The notes under the pieces: generated by a model
What the model was told of the DNA's origin: nothing
What the model saw: the letters and a program-made list of their open reading frames with translations, nothing else
Databases searched by the model: none
Source: Antechinus flavipes
Taxonomy: Eukaryota
NCBI RefSeq assembly: GCF_016432865.1
Contig: NC_067400.1
Coordinates: 85,994,001-86,058,000 of the forward strand
Reading direction: 5' to 3'
DNA length: 64,000 bases
In this document: positions 1 through 12,320 of the stretch, one piece after another
Numbering within the stretch: the stretch's first letter is position 1
Layout of the letters: every line of letters begins with the position of its first letter
Made by a program: the position numbers and the translations under genes

Positions 1-108
1 AATCTTCCTTTCCTCCTTGATGTGGCAAAGGAGAATCACTGTCTTCATCACTGGATGATGAGTCTGAACTACTGCTCTTATAGTTGGGGGGCAGTGCTGG
101 TCCTGCAA
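1..108 (-). CDS. GPALPP1: GPALPP1 coding exon 2 (partial, runs off the window)
   Basis: The minus strand reads tcttctttAG|TT GCA GGA CCA... and translates as (V)AGPALPPNYKSSSSDSSSSDEDSDSPLPHQGGKED. This matches the recalled human VAGPALPPNYKSSSSDSSDSDEDS, and the phase fits exon 1. Confidence 0.95.
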   Translation of the reverse strand, partial: MQDQHCPPTIRAVVQTHHPVMKTVILLCHIKEERKI

Positions 109-1654
109 CTAAAGAAGATTTATTAGAGGTGCTGTAACCTTTAGGAAAGCTTTCCTAGGCATTATGAGCTCTTCCATGCATTCACACAATGTTAAATGTC
201 ACTTAGCATATCCTATCTGGTATTTTTTTTCTAACTTATGTGTATTCAGCTTGCAAAAGGATGACATTTTTTCCTATTCTCAGCATTTAGGAGTAATTAT
301 ATTTTGATGGATTTATAATTTTCTTCATGTGACCAAGCCTTATACAAGGGCAGATCCAATCCCTTCTCATTCTGTGTGGTTTCTATCTTTGTCTTCCTTA
401 AACCCTTTAGTGAAGTTCCTTACTTCTGGTGTTTTAAGTAGTATATAGATGACCCAAGGTTTCAGAAGAGTGCAAACTCTTGACAGGCTCAACCAAGCTG
501 GAAAGCCATGAAGTAAGGGCTAGGTGATGAAGCTGTTCAAGGACAAGTCTAGGTGATTCCAGGACACTTCATCACCAGATTGCTAAAAGATAATGGATTT
601 ATGATCAAATCAATTCTTCTACAAAGTAATACAGGAATTGTAGTAAGCATCAGTGAAGGAAATACACTAACACAGTCACAAATCCCTGATGTAATCCATA
701 AAATCTTTCCAAAGCAGGAGAGATCTTCTTGAAGTCTGTTACTATTTTGAGGCTACTAATGTAATATTCAGATTATTCATCTGTCTTCCCTTTCTCTTAC
801 TATGTAACCAGCCCTTCTTTTCATGTGTGTTTTACAACATCTTTTCTCTTTTTCATGTGTGTATAATCTATTACTAACAATACTTAGCAATCTACTTAGC
901 AGCTTTCAATTTCTCACAAAATATATAACATGATAAACTTGAAAGCATATCTGCTTTAGTTATCTTCAAAAACTTGATAGAGTCTTCCTTAATGTTCTTT
1001 TATATCATTAAAAAGAATAGGTTGTTTTTGTTTTTTATAGGAACAGGTTGTTTTTTTAATCTGTTCTAGAATTCAACAGATTGCAAATTCCTTTAAGCAT
1101 TTAGTAGGTTGCTTTTTACCTTTATATTCTCAGCATTTAGTATGTACTTTGTACATACTAGTATAATATTCTCAGCATTTAGCACGTACTTTGCACATAC
1201 TAGCATTTAATAAATGTTTGATGAACACCACACTTTGGAAAATGCCTAGAATAGATTATCATATAATAGAAAGACTCAAATCATTGAATCAAATTATTTT
1301 AGGCTGAATTATTTGAACAGATACTTGATTTTTTAATTGCCTAAGTTTTCTCAGTCCATAAAATTGGACTAGTTTACAGAATTCATATTCCTAATGCACT
1401 TCTGATTAGTGGTTTACCTAGTAAACAAGGAATGGTACCATCATCCAGGGTGAAAGAAGATCACCCCCAGAATAGGGATTCTGTTTGAGTAAGAATGCCA
1501 TTTTGGCATGCTCTTCTCTCACTCATACTACTTCTTCTTTCTCTTTTTGCTTTTGAGTTTAAAGTTTTAAGCAGGAAGGTTTTTTCCCCTTCCTTTCTTT
1601 CCCCCTTTCCACTTATAATGCAACACTAAAACGCATTCTACCTCCAGGCAACTT

Positions 1655-1875
1655 GGCTCAGTGAGCATTGGGCCTGTAGTTAGGAAGACTGGAATTCAAA
1701 TCCAGTTTCAAACACTCCCTTGCTTTACAACCCTAGGGAAAGCACTTAAGCTCAGACTGCTTAACAAAAGCTGGAGAAGATAAATGGAAAACTATTATAG
1801 CAATCTTTGCCATGAAAACCACAAGGACAGATGTGGTCCAAGGGGTCATGAAAAGTTAAGACTGAATGATTGAAC
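1655..1875 (+). mobile_element. CORE-SINE with RTE-like tail (Mar1-like)
   Basis: tRNA-like head (ttaggaagactggaattcaaatcc) and tail ...ctttgccatgaaaaccac...ggggtcatgaaaag...gactgaatgattgaacaa. Confidence 0.6.
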
Positions 1876-2289
1876 AAGACACTACTTGGTAGCAATATTC
1901 TGACTTTGCTACCTCCTAAGATCTCAAGGAAACAGGCTAATTCTAAATTGGCAGGTACAGTATAGGTACTTGGATTTTGTCTTGTCCTGTCTTTTTATAG
2001 GCATACAATGCCCAAAAAAGAATTTCCTTTAGTCAAGCAAGTTGGGATTATCTCTGAAAAGTTATAGAGTTGCCCACAGCATTGAAAAGTTAAGTGATGT
2101 GCAGGGGAGGTACACAGCCAGGATGTGGTGAAAGTGGGACATGAATGCAGGGTTTTATGGTCTGGAGGTCCGTTTTCTGGCCAATCTTTCATGCTGCTTT
2201 TCATTTGGCTATGGAAAGGATTTTAATATGATCTAATTAGGTTGGCTGTTGTTTGTTTGTTTGGTGTTTTTAGGGGGGGGGGAAGAGGA

Positions 2290-2415
2290 GGCAAGATATG
2301 AGCAATGGGTTTAAGCAACTTGCCCCAAGTTACACATTCACTAAGTGTTAAGGGTTTGAAGCTGGATTTGAACTTAGATGCTTCTGACTCTATCACTGGC
2401 CCATCTAGCTACACC
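2290..2415 (-). mobile_element. Short marsupial SINE (WSINE1-like)
   Basis: Reverse-complement pattern ttaagcaacttgccccaag...ggatttgaact...ctgactc...ccatctagct. Confidence 0.6.
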
Positions 2416-4692
2416 AATCTAATTAGTTTTGTTATATGCTATATAGCCATGCAAAATATGTAACAAAATGAATGACTACATTAAGTATTAAAAAAGTAAG
2501 TTATTAGGAAGTAGCACAGATTGAGGAGTAATTTCATTTACAGCAGTTGTATAGTTACAGTGATTATAAATCTATTTTAAATTTGTGATACTGTGAATTA
2601 GTTATTACTTTCAACAGATGAGGATAATATTCAAGGAACAGCATATGGTACTACCAAAAAAACTAGAGCAATGATGAAGTGTGAAATCAGCTATATACTT
2701 TACGTGAAATAATTTGATGTTGTTTATAGGCAACAAAAGAAATAACCATTATGTAGTAGGATAGCATCATGCTATGAGAAGGACAGTAACACAAGTTTGC
2801 ATTCATTAGGCTTGGTGATGATAGACAACTGCTGGAGAATGTTGCTAGCTTTATTTTATTTATTTTTAACAGAAAATTTCCCCTTTCACAGCTCTAAAAT
2901 TCATTAATTTATTACTCACTCAGTAACATTTATTAGGTTCTTATGTGAAAAGCATCGTGCTAAGTGTTGAGGAAATAAAATTTTTTTTAAAGAAAAGTCA
3001 AGGTCAAAACCTCTAAAAGTAGCAGTTTTCAAAGTTGTCTCAAAGCTTTCCCCACTTAGAAAGGAACACAAAGATTAATGATCCTACATACCTAATCAAA
3101 CAACAGGCACCAATTAAGTGCCACCTTTGTGCTGGATATTATCTAAGTTCTAAAGAGGCAAAAACAAAAAGTAAAGCAGTCACTGCCTGGAGAAAGCTTA
3201 CCTTCTGTTGGTCCTATCTGTACACAGATAATATAAAATACAAGATAATATGAGGGAGGTATTTCAGGCATGGGGGACAGTCAGTCCCCATGGTGTGTTG
3301 TATAAGGAACCACAAAAAAGCCAGTATTTTTGTATCATAGAATGCATGAAAAGGAGGCTGAGTTGTTTGTAGTAATTGGTTTGGGAGTTACAGTTGTGAG
3401 GAATGGGCAAGCAATTAGAGAAGAGTAAAAGGTTTTCTATAACACAGTAAGATCTCAGGTGGAATACATGACAAATGTGTGGTGGACTTCCCACAGCTCT
3501 GTTCAGCAGGATCATGAAAAGGAATATTGAAATAGGAATGAAGGAGAGAGATGGTGGATACAATCTCAAGCTGGGTATAGCACAAGACCCTGTGTGCGAA
3601 CTAAGTGTGAACTACAGGGTACAAACTGGAAGAGAAATGGAGCCAAAACAAGAGTGATAGTCTAGGAGAGTATCTGAGGGGTGGAGGGATTTGATGTCAC
3701 CTAGACTACAGGTATATTGTTACAAAAATGGGATATACACTCTTATGAAAAAGATTATAAAATTGCTGGCAGTAGGGTGAATTTCAAAATCCTTTTCTTG
3801 TATTTCCTATAATGTCTAGTGCAAGCAAATTAATTTATTAAACAATTTATTGGATATTTACTAAGTGGAGGAATTTGACTAATAATTCAATTAGGCAGTT
3901 AGCAAACATTTATCATGTATTTGCTTTGTGCTGATGTCAGGAACATAAAAGGTTACAGTCCCTACCTTTAGGGAGCTCATATTCTTTAAGAAGGAAAATG
4001 TGTACATGTATAACTAGATACAATGTAGTTTCTGAGGGAAGCCCCTAACAATTGAAGAATAACACTAAAGACCTCATCTAAGAGGATAAAATGAGATGTT
4101 AGTAAAGCTCTTTGAAAACCTAAAAAGCTGTATAAGTGCTAGCTATTAGTTGCTGTTATTAATAAACACTATTTGTGAGGCACTATGTTAAGGGCTGGAG
4201 ATGCAAAAAAGGGCAAAAATATGATCTCTGCTCATATTCTTTGGGTGGGACATATTTTATCCTAAAGAAAACGGACTCACTGAACCTTTTTCACTAAGAA
4301 GTTATCATGCTTGTCTTTATTTTTTCCTCTGTACCATTTTACTTTCTAATACTTATTAATTAGTTCAGAAAGCTAAAAAATCTGTTCAAGATATAAATAA
4401 GCCAATTCCCCAAAAACAGTCTCAGCAGCAGAAATAAAATGAACTGATAATTTAATTTCAGAGGTTCAGATTTTGTTTTTGTCCTAAAACAAAACAAAAC
4501 AAAACCAAAAAACCCTTAAGGCTCTTCTGCTTTTTTCCCTTTCCTTCACTTGCTCTTTTATAAGGATTTCTCATTCCCGCCTCCCGGAAAAATTAGGATC
4601 TTATGATGAAGTATATCCTTGATACATGGAGGCTTGCTTCTTGCTTTATAATGCATCTGACTAGAAATTGGACATACTTTAATATTATTTAT

Positions 4693-4820
4693 TAGATCCA
4701 TTTTACAGATGAAACCAAGGCGGATAAGTTAAGTGATTTGCTCACTCAGACAGCAAGTGGAATTTGAACTCAGGATTTCCCAATTCCAAGCCCCAAATTA
4801 TCTACTGTGCCATCTAGCTG
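4693..4820 (-). mobile_element. MIR/CORE-SINE fragment
   Basis: ccattttacagatgaaac...aagtgatttgc...gaatttgaactcagg...ccatctagctg. Confidence 0.65.
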
Positions 4821-4954
4821 TTGTCTCAAATGCCTTCTGACTGACAAACATCTTCACCATCTTACTCTCCGTCTATCTTTCCAGATTAGTTCCACCTAAA
4901 CTGACTTCCTTGCTGTTCCCTGCCTCCTCGTTTTCAAACAAGTCCCTTGCGCAG

Positions 4955-5130
4955 GCGGACGAATAGCGCTGGGAACCAGAGTCAGGAAGAACTGAGTTCA
5001 ACTCAGATCATTAACTGTGTGACTCTAAGCTAGTCCCTCATCTCTGCCTCATTTTCCTATCTGTAAAATAAGGATCGTAACTGCCTACTTCCCAAGGCTG
5101 CTGTGTGAGAATCAAATAAAAGACTGTTAG
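4955..5130 (+). mobile_element. MIR/CORE-SINE fragment
   Basis: gagtcaggaagaactgagttcaa...ctgtgtgactct...ctctgcctcattttcctatctgtaaaataagg. Confidence 0.7.
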
Positions 5131-5586
5131 AGCTAGTTCTTTTCAATTGATTCTCTAAGTGTACCGTCATCTCGTCTGCAGAGTGATGGGGAGCGAAGGA
5201 GATCCTAGGAGTAAGCCTTAAAGAGCGATTGATAATGAAGATGGTTATGGGATGTATCTCCTCACCTCTTCCCCCCATCTCCCTGCAGCAGAATCCCCAG
5301 CTTCCTTCAGAGCCCAGTTCCGCCCAGCAGGGCTTCCCCAAGTTCCCCTCTCTCCAAATAATTTCCACCCCCCCCCAAAAAAAAAAAAAAAACTACTGTG
5401 CATTTCTCGAGCCTGCACCTGTCTCCCCTGGGCAGGAAGGAAGCTCCCCGAAGGCCAGTTTCGTGTTCATCTAGGGCTCCGCAGCCCCGCACCTAGCAGG
5501 CCTCGTCACCCCGAGAGGCGCCGGACTGGTCTCGACTCGGTGGGACGGCTCGCGTTTCCTCCCTCCTTCCCTCCCTCCCAGCTTAC

Positions 5587-5671
5587 CAGGACTCAGATCC
5601 AGCTCTTCCTCCGCAGTCCCTCGGGCGTTGAAGCCTGGGGGCAGAGCTGGCCCGATCAGGTCCCGGGCCAT
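5587..5671 (-). CDS. GPALPP1: GPALPP1 coding exon 1
   Basis: ATG at 5671 gives MARDLIGPALPPGFNARGTAEEELDLSP plus 1 nt, then a GTAAG donor (plus-strand cttac 5582-5586). It contains the GPALPP motif and matches the recalled human N-terminus MARDLIGPALPPGFKARGTAEDE. Confidence 0.96.
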
Positions 5672-5978
5672 CGCTGCCCGCGGGCAGCCTAGCTCCACAG
5701 TCCAGGTAGCCCGACCCACAAACACAGCCCCCTCAACGCGCACGCGCAAGGTCCGGGAGGAGGTCGGGGGGAGAACCCCGGAAAGAAATTTTCTGTCGCT
5801 GAGGAAGTGACGTTGCGATATAACCATTGGTCCCTCACTATGTTTACTGGTTGAACGGAAGTGACGCATAATGCCACCGCCTCGGAGTTTAGCACACGTG
5901 CTGCGGTGTGCCTGCGGAGTGCCTGCGAAGTAACGAGTTAGTCTTAGTTTCCCGGGTGAGACGTGCCCTCCGACTTTC
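5672..5978. promoter_or_regulatory. Bidirectional promoter of GPALPP1 and NUFIP1
   Basis: 307 bp between divergent ATGs. It contains an NRF1-type CGCGCACGCGCA (5737-5748), two GGAAGTGACG ETS/half-CRE motifs (5803-5812, 5857-5866) and an E-box CACGTG (5895-5900). The head-to-head arrangement is as recalled for human 13q14. Confidence 0.85.
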
Positions 5979-6252
5979 ATGGACCCGTTCGGTTGGTACC
6001 CTCCGCCCGGGCCGCCCCCGGTGCTAGCGCTCCCGGGGTCTGAGTCCAATCAGTCTGCGCATTGGGCATCTTGGGTGCTTCCTCCTCCACCGCCCCCACC
6101 GTCCATTCCACCGCCTCACCTACCTCCTCCCCACCTGCCTCAGTCTTCCGAGAACTCGTGGGACTTCCAAGCGGCCCGAGACTGGTCCTGGGCGCCGGCT
6201 CCGGGCCACGATGGCTTCGATCCTCAGCAGGGACACTGGTACCAGCAGCCAG
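5979..6252 (+). CDS. NUFIP1: NUFIP1 exon 1 (Pro-rich N-terminus)
   Basis: MDPFGWYPPP...WASWVLPPPPPPP...SWDFQAARDWSW...WYQQP, then a CAG|GTACGC donor (phase 1). It resembles the recalled human PIGW...WMFWAMLPPPPPP...PWNFHASTSWYW. Confidence 0.88.
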
Positions 6253-7512
6253 GTACGCCGCAGGCTTTTTTCTCCGCGGGGGTGCATTCCCCAGTGCAGC
6301 TCCCCTCCTTTTTTCTTCCCCTCCCTCTCTTCCGATATCTCTCCCTCCCCACGTCTGCATCTTTTATTAACTTGGAAACTGCATCCTTCTCCCTGCCATT
6401 CTACTTACCTCTCCCAGTTTTTTGATTCATTGAGAGGGGAGCTTGTTCAAATAACTTTAAAATCACAGCATTAGGACCAAAAGGGATTTCAGAGGTCATT
6501 TAAGTGCCCTCGAAGTATCAAACACATTTTATCTCATTTGTACCCTGGAAGGTAGATTCTGTTGGGGAAACTGAGGTAAAGTCACTCGCCTAGTCACAGT
6601 AGTAAGCATCTACTGGCGAATTTATCTCGGGTCCTTCCTGATTCTCTTGCCCAAAGTGATAGAACTAGGAAATTTCAGAATTGGAATTTGAATTCGAATC
6701 TTTGCACTCCAGATACAGTGTGCACCATGCTGCCTCACAAAGGGTCTATTTTGCGGGGTTTTCTCACCTTGTAGGAGATGCTGCTGACTTTATTGTGACA
6801 AGAAACTTTTTCAAACACTTCGAGTTTGTGTTTGAGGTAGAAGTATCATGGATGGAGTCACAAACATTTGGGTTTCTGTCCTCATCTCAGATCGTTGGTA
6901 TTTGTGTGATCCTAAGTAAATAGTAGACTAACTTGTCTAGCCTTCAGTTTCCTTATCTGTAAAATGAGAGAGTTAGATTCCTGATTTCCAAGGTCTCATC
7001 ATGCTTTGTGTTTGTGATTAAAATGACAGCAGTAGTTTTTTTTTTTTTTTTTTTTTAATAGACAAAAGTGTAACCTCTTTCTAGGGATGCCATTTTCCAA
7101 TCAAATCCAAAATTCTCTACCTTGAATTCAAGATCACCAGTCTGCCCCATTTACAATCGTTTACTTATTTTCTTTGCTCTTCCCTAGCAAGTGTTTAATT
7201 ATCTTTAGGATATCCTTTTGCTACTATCCGTGTATTTTATATATGAAAGAACTGAGGCATGAAGAAGTAATCAAAGGCCGGAGCCACTTCCTCCCATTAA
7301 AAATTTTATTCTCTTTACCTTACTGTGCTGCCTCTTTGGTTTAACTATTTCCTGTCTAAGGCTTCCTTTAGTTTCCCAGTAAAAGAAGATATAAAATCAA
7401 ACAATATTCACCATCCCATTTTTCTAAGTAGTGAAAAGGAAAAGTGAGTGGCAAGAGAGCTTCAATTTAGATGTCTGAATAATAGAAGGGTCTTAATTGC
7501 CAAGGATGTTTT

Positions 7513-7548
7513 GTTTTTGTTTTTGTTTTTGTTTTTGTTTTTGTTTTT
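7513..7548. repeat. (GTTTTT)6 microsatellite
   Basis: Read directly from the sequence. Confidence 0.95.
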
Positions 7549-8534
7549 TAAATGAAGTATCAGTTGTAAGCCTTGGGAAAAGGTGATCCAATTTTAGTTG
7601 GGCAGAGTGAATGCTTTTGCGACAGGACTCTTTAAATTTTTAACAACTCTTGCTGGGCATGAAATTCAAGAATCAGATTTTATATAGTACATTAAAGTTG
7701 GAATAGTTAAATGGTTGAGATGATATTAAGAATAATACAATAAAGAAGACATATTGCACACAGAACTATTGCCACTTAACAAAATTCCTTAGAATACAGA
7801 GATTGCAGGATGACTGTAGCTGTGAAGATTTATCAAATGTTATTAGGGCAGAAAGTGATATGTAGGATTAGAAACTAAAATGACAGTATTGATAATGAAA
7901 ATCCACCAAGAATGAAGTATCTCACTTTAGTTACTGACAAATTGTTATATGGTTCTTTTCATTTCAGTGGTGGCTTTTTTCTATTATAATTAAAGCTGCC
8001 AAAGGGACTTTATCAGTAGCTTTATCATCTGCTCCACTAGTTGTACATTTCAAGCTCTAGGTAATAATTAGTGATTATATAATACGTACTATATGTTGTG
8101 CATATAGTGCTTAGCACTTTCTAAATAATATTCATTTGATCTTCTGCAGGAGACCTTCCCCAGTCCCTCCAACTGCTAATATTTTATATATTCCTGTTCT
8201 TTCTCCCATTAAAATTCAGGAGACCAGAGGCTTTTTTTTTTTTTTTTTTTTTTTTTTTACATTTTCTTTATGTCTTTTAGCAGTGTATAAAATGTCAGTC
8301 CCCAGAAGGTTTTTATTTGAACTGTAGAAAAATAGTCAGAAGGAAAAATACCAAAGGTTCTCCTTGTCATTTAATGATATCCAGCCTCGATCTTTCTTGT
8401 TCAGACCTCGGTTTGAATTCTTTGAGTAGCTCCAATACTAGTGCCTCTACTTGCTCCAAAGTTTGCTAAATCTAACTGCTATATCAAAGTGAACTCCACA
8501 TCTACCCAAATGTGGGTACCCAGTTGAAGAGGGA

Positions 8535-8762
8535 AGGCAATTATGTAGCCCTTGCTAAGCACTTTACAAATAATTATCTCATTTTATCATTACAATGACC
8601 CTATGAGGTAAATGTAGTTATTATCTCCATTTTACAGAGAAACTGTAAAACTGAGGCAAATAGAAGTCAAGTGACTGGCCAGTTAGTGTCTGAAACTGTA
8701 TTTTAACTCAGCTCTTCCTGATTCCAGACCCAGTCTTTTATCTACTGTACTACCGGCTGCCT
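8535..8762 (-). mobile_element. MIR/CORE-SINE, near full length
   Basis: aagcactttacaaat...acaatgaccctatgaggta...ccattttacag...aaactgaggca...aactcagctcttcctgattcc. Confidence 0.75.
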
Positions 8763-9687
8763 CCAGTTAAAGGCCAATCAAGTTGAAATATAATATTTAA
8801 TAATGATAAAAATAATTCACATGTCACTTTAAAAAGTTTGCAAAGCTCTTTCATCGTAATCATCCTGTGTAGTGATCATTAATATTTTTTGTATTGCTCA
8901 TCGTTTATTAGATTGAACAATTTTGATTTTATGAGACAAATAAATATGCTTGAAGGATATCTGTTAGTTAAGATTATGGAAATTATAAGCACTTCAGTCT
9001 TAGATAAGCACTGCAGATGAATAAGGGACTGAACCTACCATAAATAAGAAAAAGATGAGCTGCTTGGGACACATTTGATAAATTACACTGTTTTCTTTGA
9101 ATTTAAGCACTTCACTGCCTTAGAAACCACTAATAGTGTTTTGGTTATATCACTTATATATTGGTCACTCTTGTTTTTCAGAAGAATCAAAATTGCTGGT
9201 GACTTAACAGGCTTTGCCCAGTTGGTATGGTAGAGTTGGCTGTACTCTGTTTCCAGTGGTGTCTGGGTATGCAAGGATTGTCATTAAAAGATCATCAAGG
9301 AAGTGTATGTTTGAAAGAACAGGTGAAACGTAATGTAGAAGAGTGAAGTTTAATGGATGGACATTTGACTATGGAATGAATGCCCTACTATCTTTGGAAG
9401 ACAAAGGCCTAGGAAAGGCCTAAAGAAACTTAGAGGTTGAGAAGGAGTGGGTGGGTCAAAATCTACATTTGACATACAGTCACCCTAACATTGGTTTGAG
9501 TCTACTTTTTTGGTGAAAATGCCATCTCACCTAACTCACATTCTCCTGAAGGAGGAATAGTTGTATATTTCTGCTAATATCTAGCTTCTTTACTATATTT
9601 CTACCAAATTTGCTTCTTGACAAATACCCTGTGATGTATAGTTTAAAAATAATCATAAGTAACAATGGTTCCCTCTTTGTTTCATAG

Positions 9688-9773
9688 GCAGAAACTATAA
9701 TTTCCCTAGGAAAAATCATGACAGATCAAATCGAAATTTCAAAAATCAACAAAGTGGAAACCAGAGACCAAAG
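9688..9773 (+). CDS. NUFIP1: NUFIP1 exon 2
   Basis: tttcatAG|GC AGA AAC...CCA AAG|GTATTA. 86 nt, translating as (G)RNYNFPRKNHDRSNRNFKNQQSGNQRPK, and it joins phase 1 to phase 0. Confidence 0.85.
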
Positions 9774-10026
9774 GTATTAAAGATAAGTTTTCAGAGATAC
9801 TCTTTGTTGCCTGTGTAAGGTTTTGTTTTTAGTTTCTTTCATGTGGATTGGGTTTCTTTTTCCTTCTGGGATAGTGTTTCTCTCTAGACATTAAATAAAT
9901 GTTGATCAGACATGGAGGGGGGTGATATATTTGGCCATGCTATGCAATAGGCTGTGTTAATTTTATTTTTTTACCAAACTCCTATAGTGAATGCAGTGGA
10001 GAGTCCAGTCTACCCAATCTATAGAC

Positions 10027-10210
10027 CAGGGCTTCTTAAACTTTTTCCATTTCTGAACCCTTTCCACCTGAGAAATTTTTACATGATCCCAGGTATGTAG
10101 GTATATAGAAAAGATCTACAAGTCAAACACTGATAGTCATGATTTTGCAACCCATACAATCAGTTATTAGATCCCATATAGGGTTATAAATCACAGTTTA
10201 AGAAATTGTG
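10027..10210. mobile_element. Non-autonomous hAT/Charlie-type DNA transposon (MITE)
   Basis: Terminal inverted repeats CAGGGCTTCTTAAACT and AGTTTAAGAAATTGTG (12/16 match), with degenerate 8-bp flanks ctatagac and ctattgat (6/8). A related copy lies at about 38242-38435. Confidence 0.7.
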
Positions 10211-11305
10211 CTATTGATCATAAATAAAAACTTTCAAATTAGGAATTTTTTGTGTCTTGGGTAGAGTATATAATTTTAATTTGAAAACTTGCATATAAAA
10301 TAAAATTTCGTAAAAATGTTCTGTAAATGCTGTGTAAGTGTTGAATTTAATATAAATATTAAATATATTTACTTGGAATAAGTCTACCTTTGAACTATTG
10401 AAAAAAAATTTTTAAACGTTTTAGTTATGTAATCACTTTAATTTAAATTTACAATGGTAAAATATGAAAATGGTTAACCTGCATTCAGGGATTCATTTTG
10501 TTTTGGATTAGTGAATAGAAAGATGATCTTGGAATCTGGAAAATCAAGGTTTAAATTCCTCCTCTGATACATTATGACTTTGAATACACATCAGTCAGAA
10601 TATTTGCTGACTTGCATTATTAGAGGAAAGTGTCCTAAGTAGAATTTGTTTCACTATTGAAATCCAAATCTGTACTATCTTTCTTCTTCTTCTGTCTCTC
10701 TCTTTGTTATCATACAGTAGACATTTTGCAAAAAAGGAGAAAACTTTCTTTTTCTCATCTCGAGTTATTTTGTTTAAAGTAATAGACTATACTAATGCAA
10801 CCTTGTGCTATACTTACACAAAAATTAATTTAACATCCAGATGATGCATTAATGTCTCTTTTTGCTAGTATCATTCTCTTTTCCTTTGTGTCCTATTTAT
10901 CTAAATAGGTTCATATTTATCTAAATGAACAGAAAACATCTACCTGTGCCATTCATAGATTTCTCCCAAGAGCCATAGATTCTCTTTAAATCAGAATATT
11001 GGAAATAGAAGGATAGGAGATATTTTAATGTGATTACAGCTCACATATTGTGGTGGGTGCTGTTAGACTTGTTCAATATCATCTAACTAGCTTCCTTTAA
11101 ACATTTTATATTCATGTTTCATGGCAGTTTTAGTATATTTCCTTCAGAAATCCAGCCAGTTTTAGAATTTATTTCTTTACATTTAAATCAACACGTATTT
11201 ATTGTGTGTCTGCTATATGCAAAACACTATTCCAGGTTTCAGGAATACAAAGAAAAAGTGAAATAGTTTCTGTCCTCAGAGAGCTTGTACCCTAAGATGA
11301 GACAC

Positions 11306-11317
11306 GTGTGTGTGTGT

Positions 11318-11359
<42 letters not shown>
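11306..11359. repeat. (GT)n microsatellite with one interruption
   Basis: Read directly from the sequence. Confidence 0.97.
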
Positions 11360-11361
<2 letters not shown>

Positions 11362-11563
11362 GTACACAGAATATAGACAAAATAAATGCAACTTAATTTT
11401 GAGTGGGAAGGTAAATATTTTCTAATGTTAGTATTTAATCAAAATAATTTATTTTCTAGTTATCCATATTCTGATATTGAAGTTGTTTTGGTGACTATTA
11501 AAGGTTTTCTTTTTCAAGGAATGATAAATATATAAAAAGATTGCTTTTGTTTTTTAATCACAG

Positions 11564-11662
11564 AAAAATAAAGAGCCAGTTTATACCCATTTCTGTGATA
11601 CTTGTGATCGTGGCTTTAAAAATCAAGAAAAATATGATGAGCACATTTCTCAGCATAGAACA
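11564..11662 (+). CDS. NUFIP1: NUFIP1 exon 3 (C2H2 zinc finger 1)
   Basis: cacAG|...|GTAAGT. 99 nt, [33 protein letters not shown], nearly identical to the recalled human [29 protein letters not shown]. Confidence 0.97.
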
Positions 11663-12320
11663 GTAAGTCTTCTTTTCTGATTGTTCCCTAATTTTATATC
11701 TCTTAACAATTTCAAATTCATTTCCATAAGATTGGTAACTTTGATAAATGTAGCATGCTAGTGCTTCCTAACATCTAGCAGGATAGACTGAAATTGTACT
11801 GATCACAGGATTTGACAAATTGACAGCCTGTTCTGGGCCATACCCCCTGTTGTGGGGAGTTTCATTTCTTCAGGGATCAGGCAGTTGATAATTGGGTAGT
11901 TGAGAAGCTCCCATGTGTCCTTTTTAAATTTTTGTCTTTTTTAAAAGAATCTAGCTGTTTACATATACATGACTTCCCAGGGTGGTTATCAGGGTCAAAT
12001 AACAAAACATAAAATGCTTTGTAAACCTTAAAGCATTTTATGAATGCAATGTTAGCTAGCTATTATAGTCATCTCCATGCCCCAAATTCCTTGGGGTGGG
12101 TCTGATCCTTCCTATTCCCTTCCTTTTGGTGATTGATTATAGGCCTTTATCCCACCTGCAAAGTAACCATAAGGTTACAACGTCTATATCTATGGTACTT
12201 TATTAAATGAATCCTCAAGTAATCGTCACCTTGTGTTAGAAGGCAAAGAAAAGAAAATCTTAGTTGTTTTAGACAGAAGTCCTTTAAACTTCCCTTTAAG
12301 CACTCTTAAGACTAGTTAAA

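Larger units (their letters stand above)
5440..6350. promoter_or_regulatory. CpG island covering both first exons
   Basis: GC-rich and CpG-dense stretch against an AT-rich, CpG-depleted background. Edges judged by eye. Confidence 0.85.

Noticed and set aside
5471-6049. 192-aa minus-strand ORF
   Set aside because: Only 5671-5587 is real (GPALPP1 exon 1). The rest is open because the CpG island is poor in stop codons.
6253-6425. Continuation of the NUFIP1 exon 1 ORF
   Set aside because: This is read-through into intron 1 past the GT donor at 6253. The phase fits exon 2 only if splicing occurs there.
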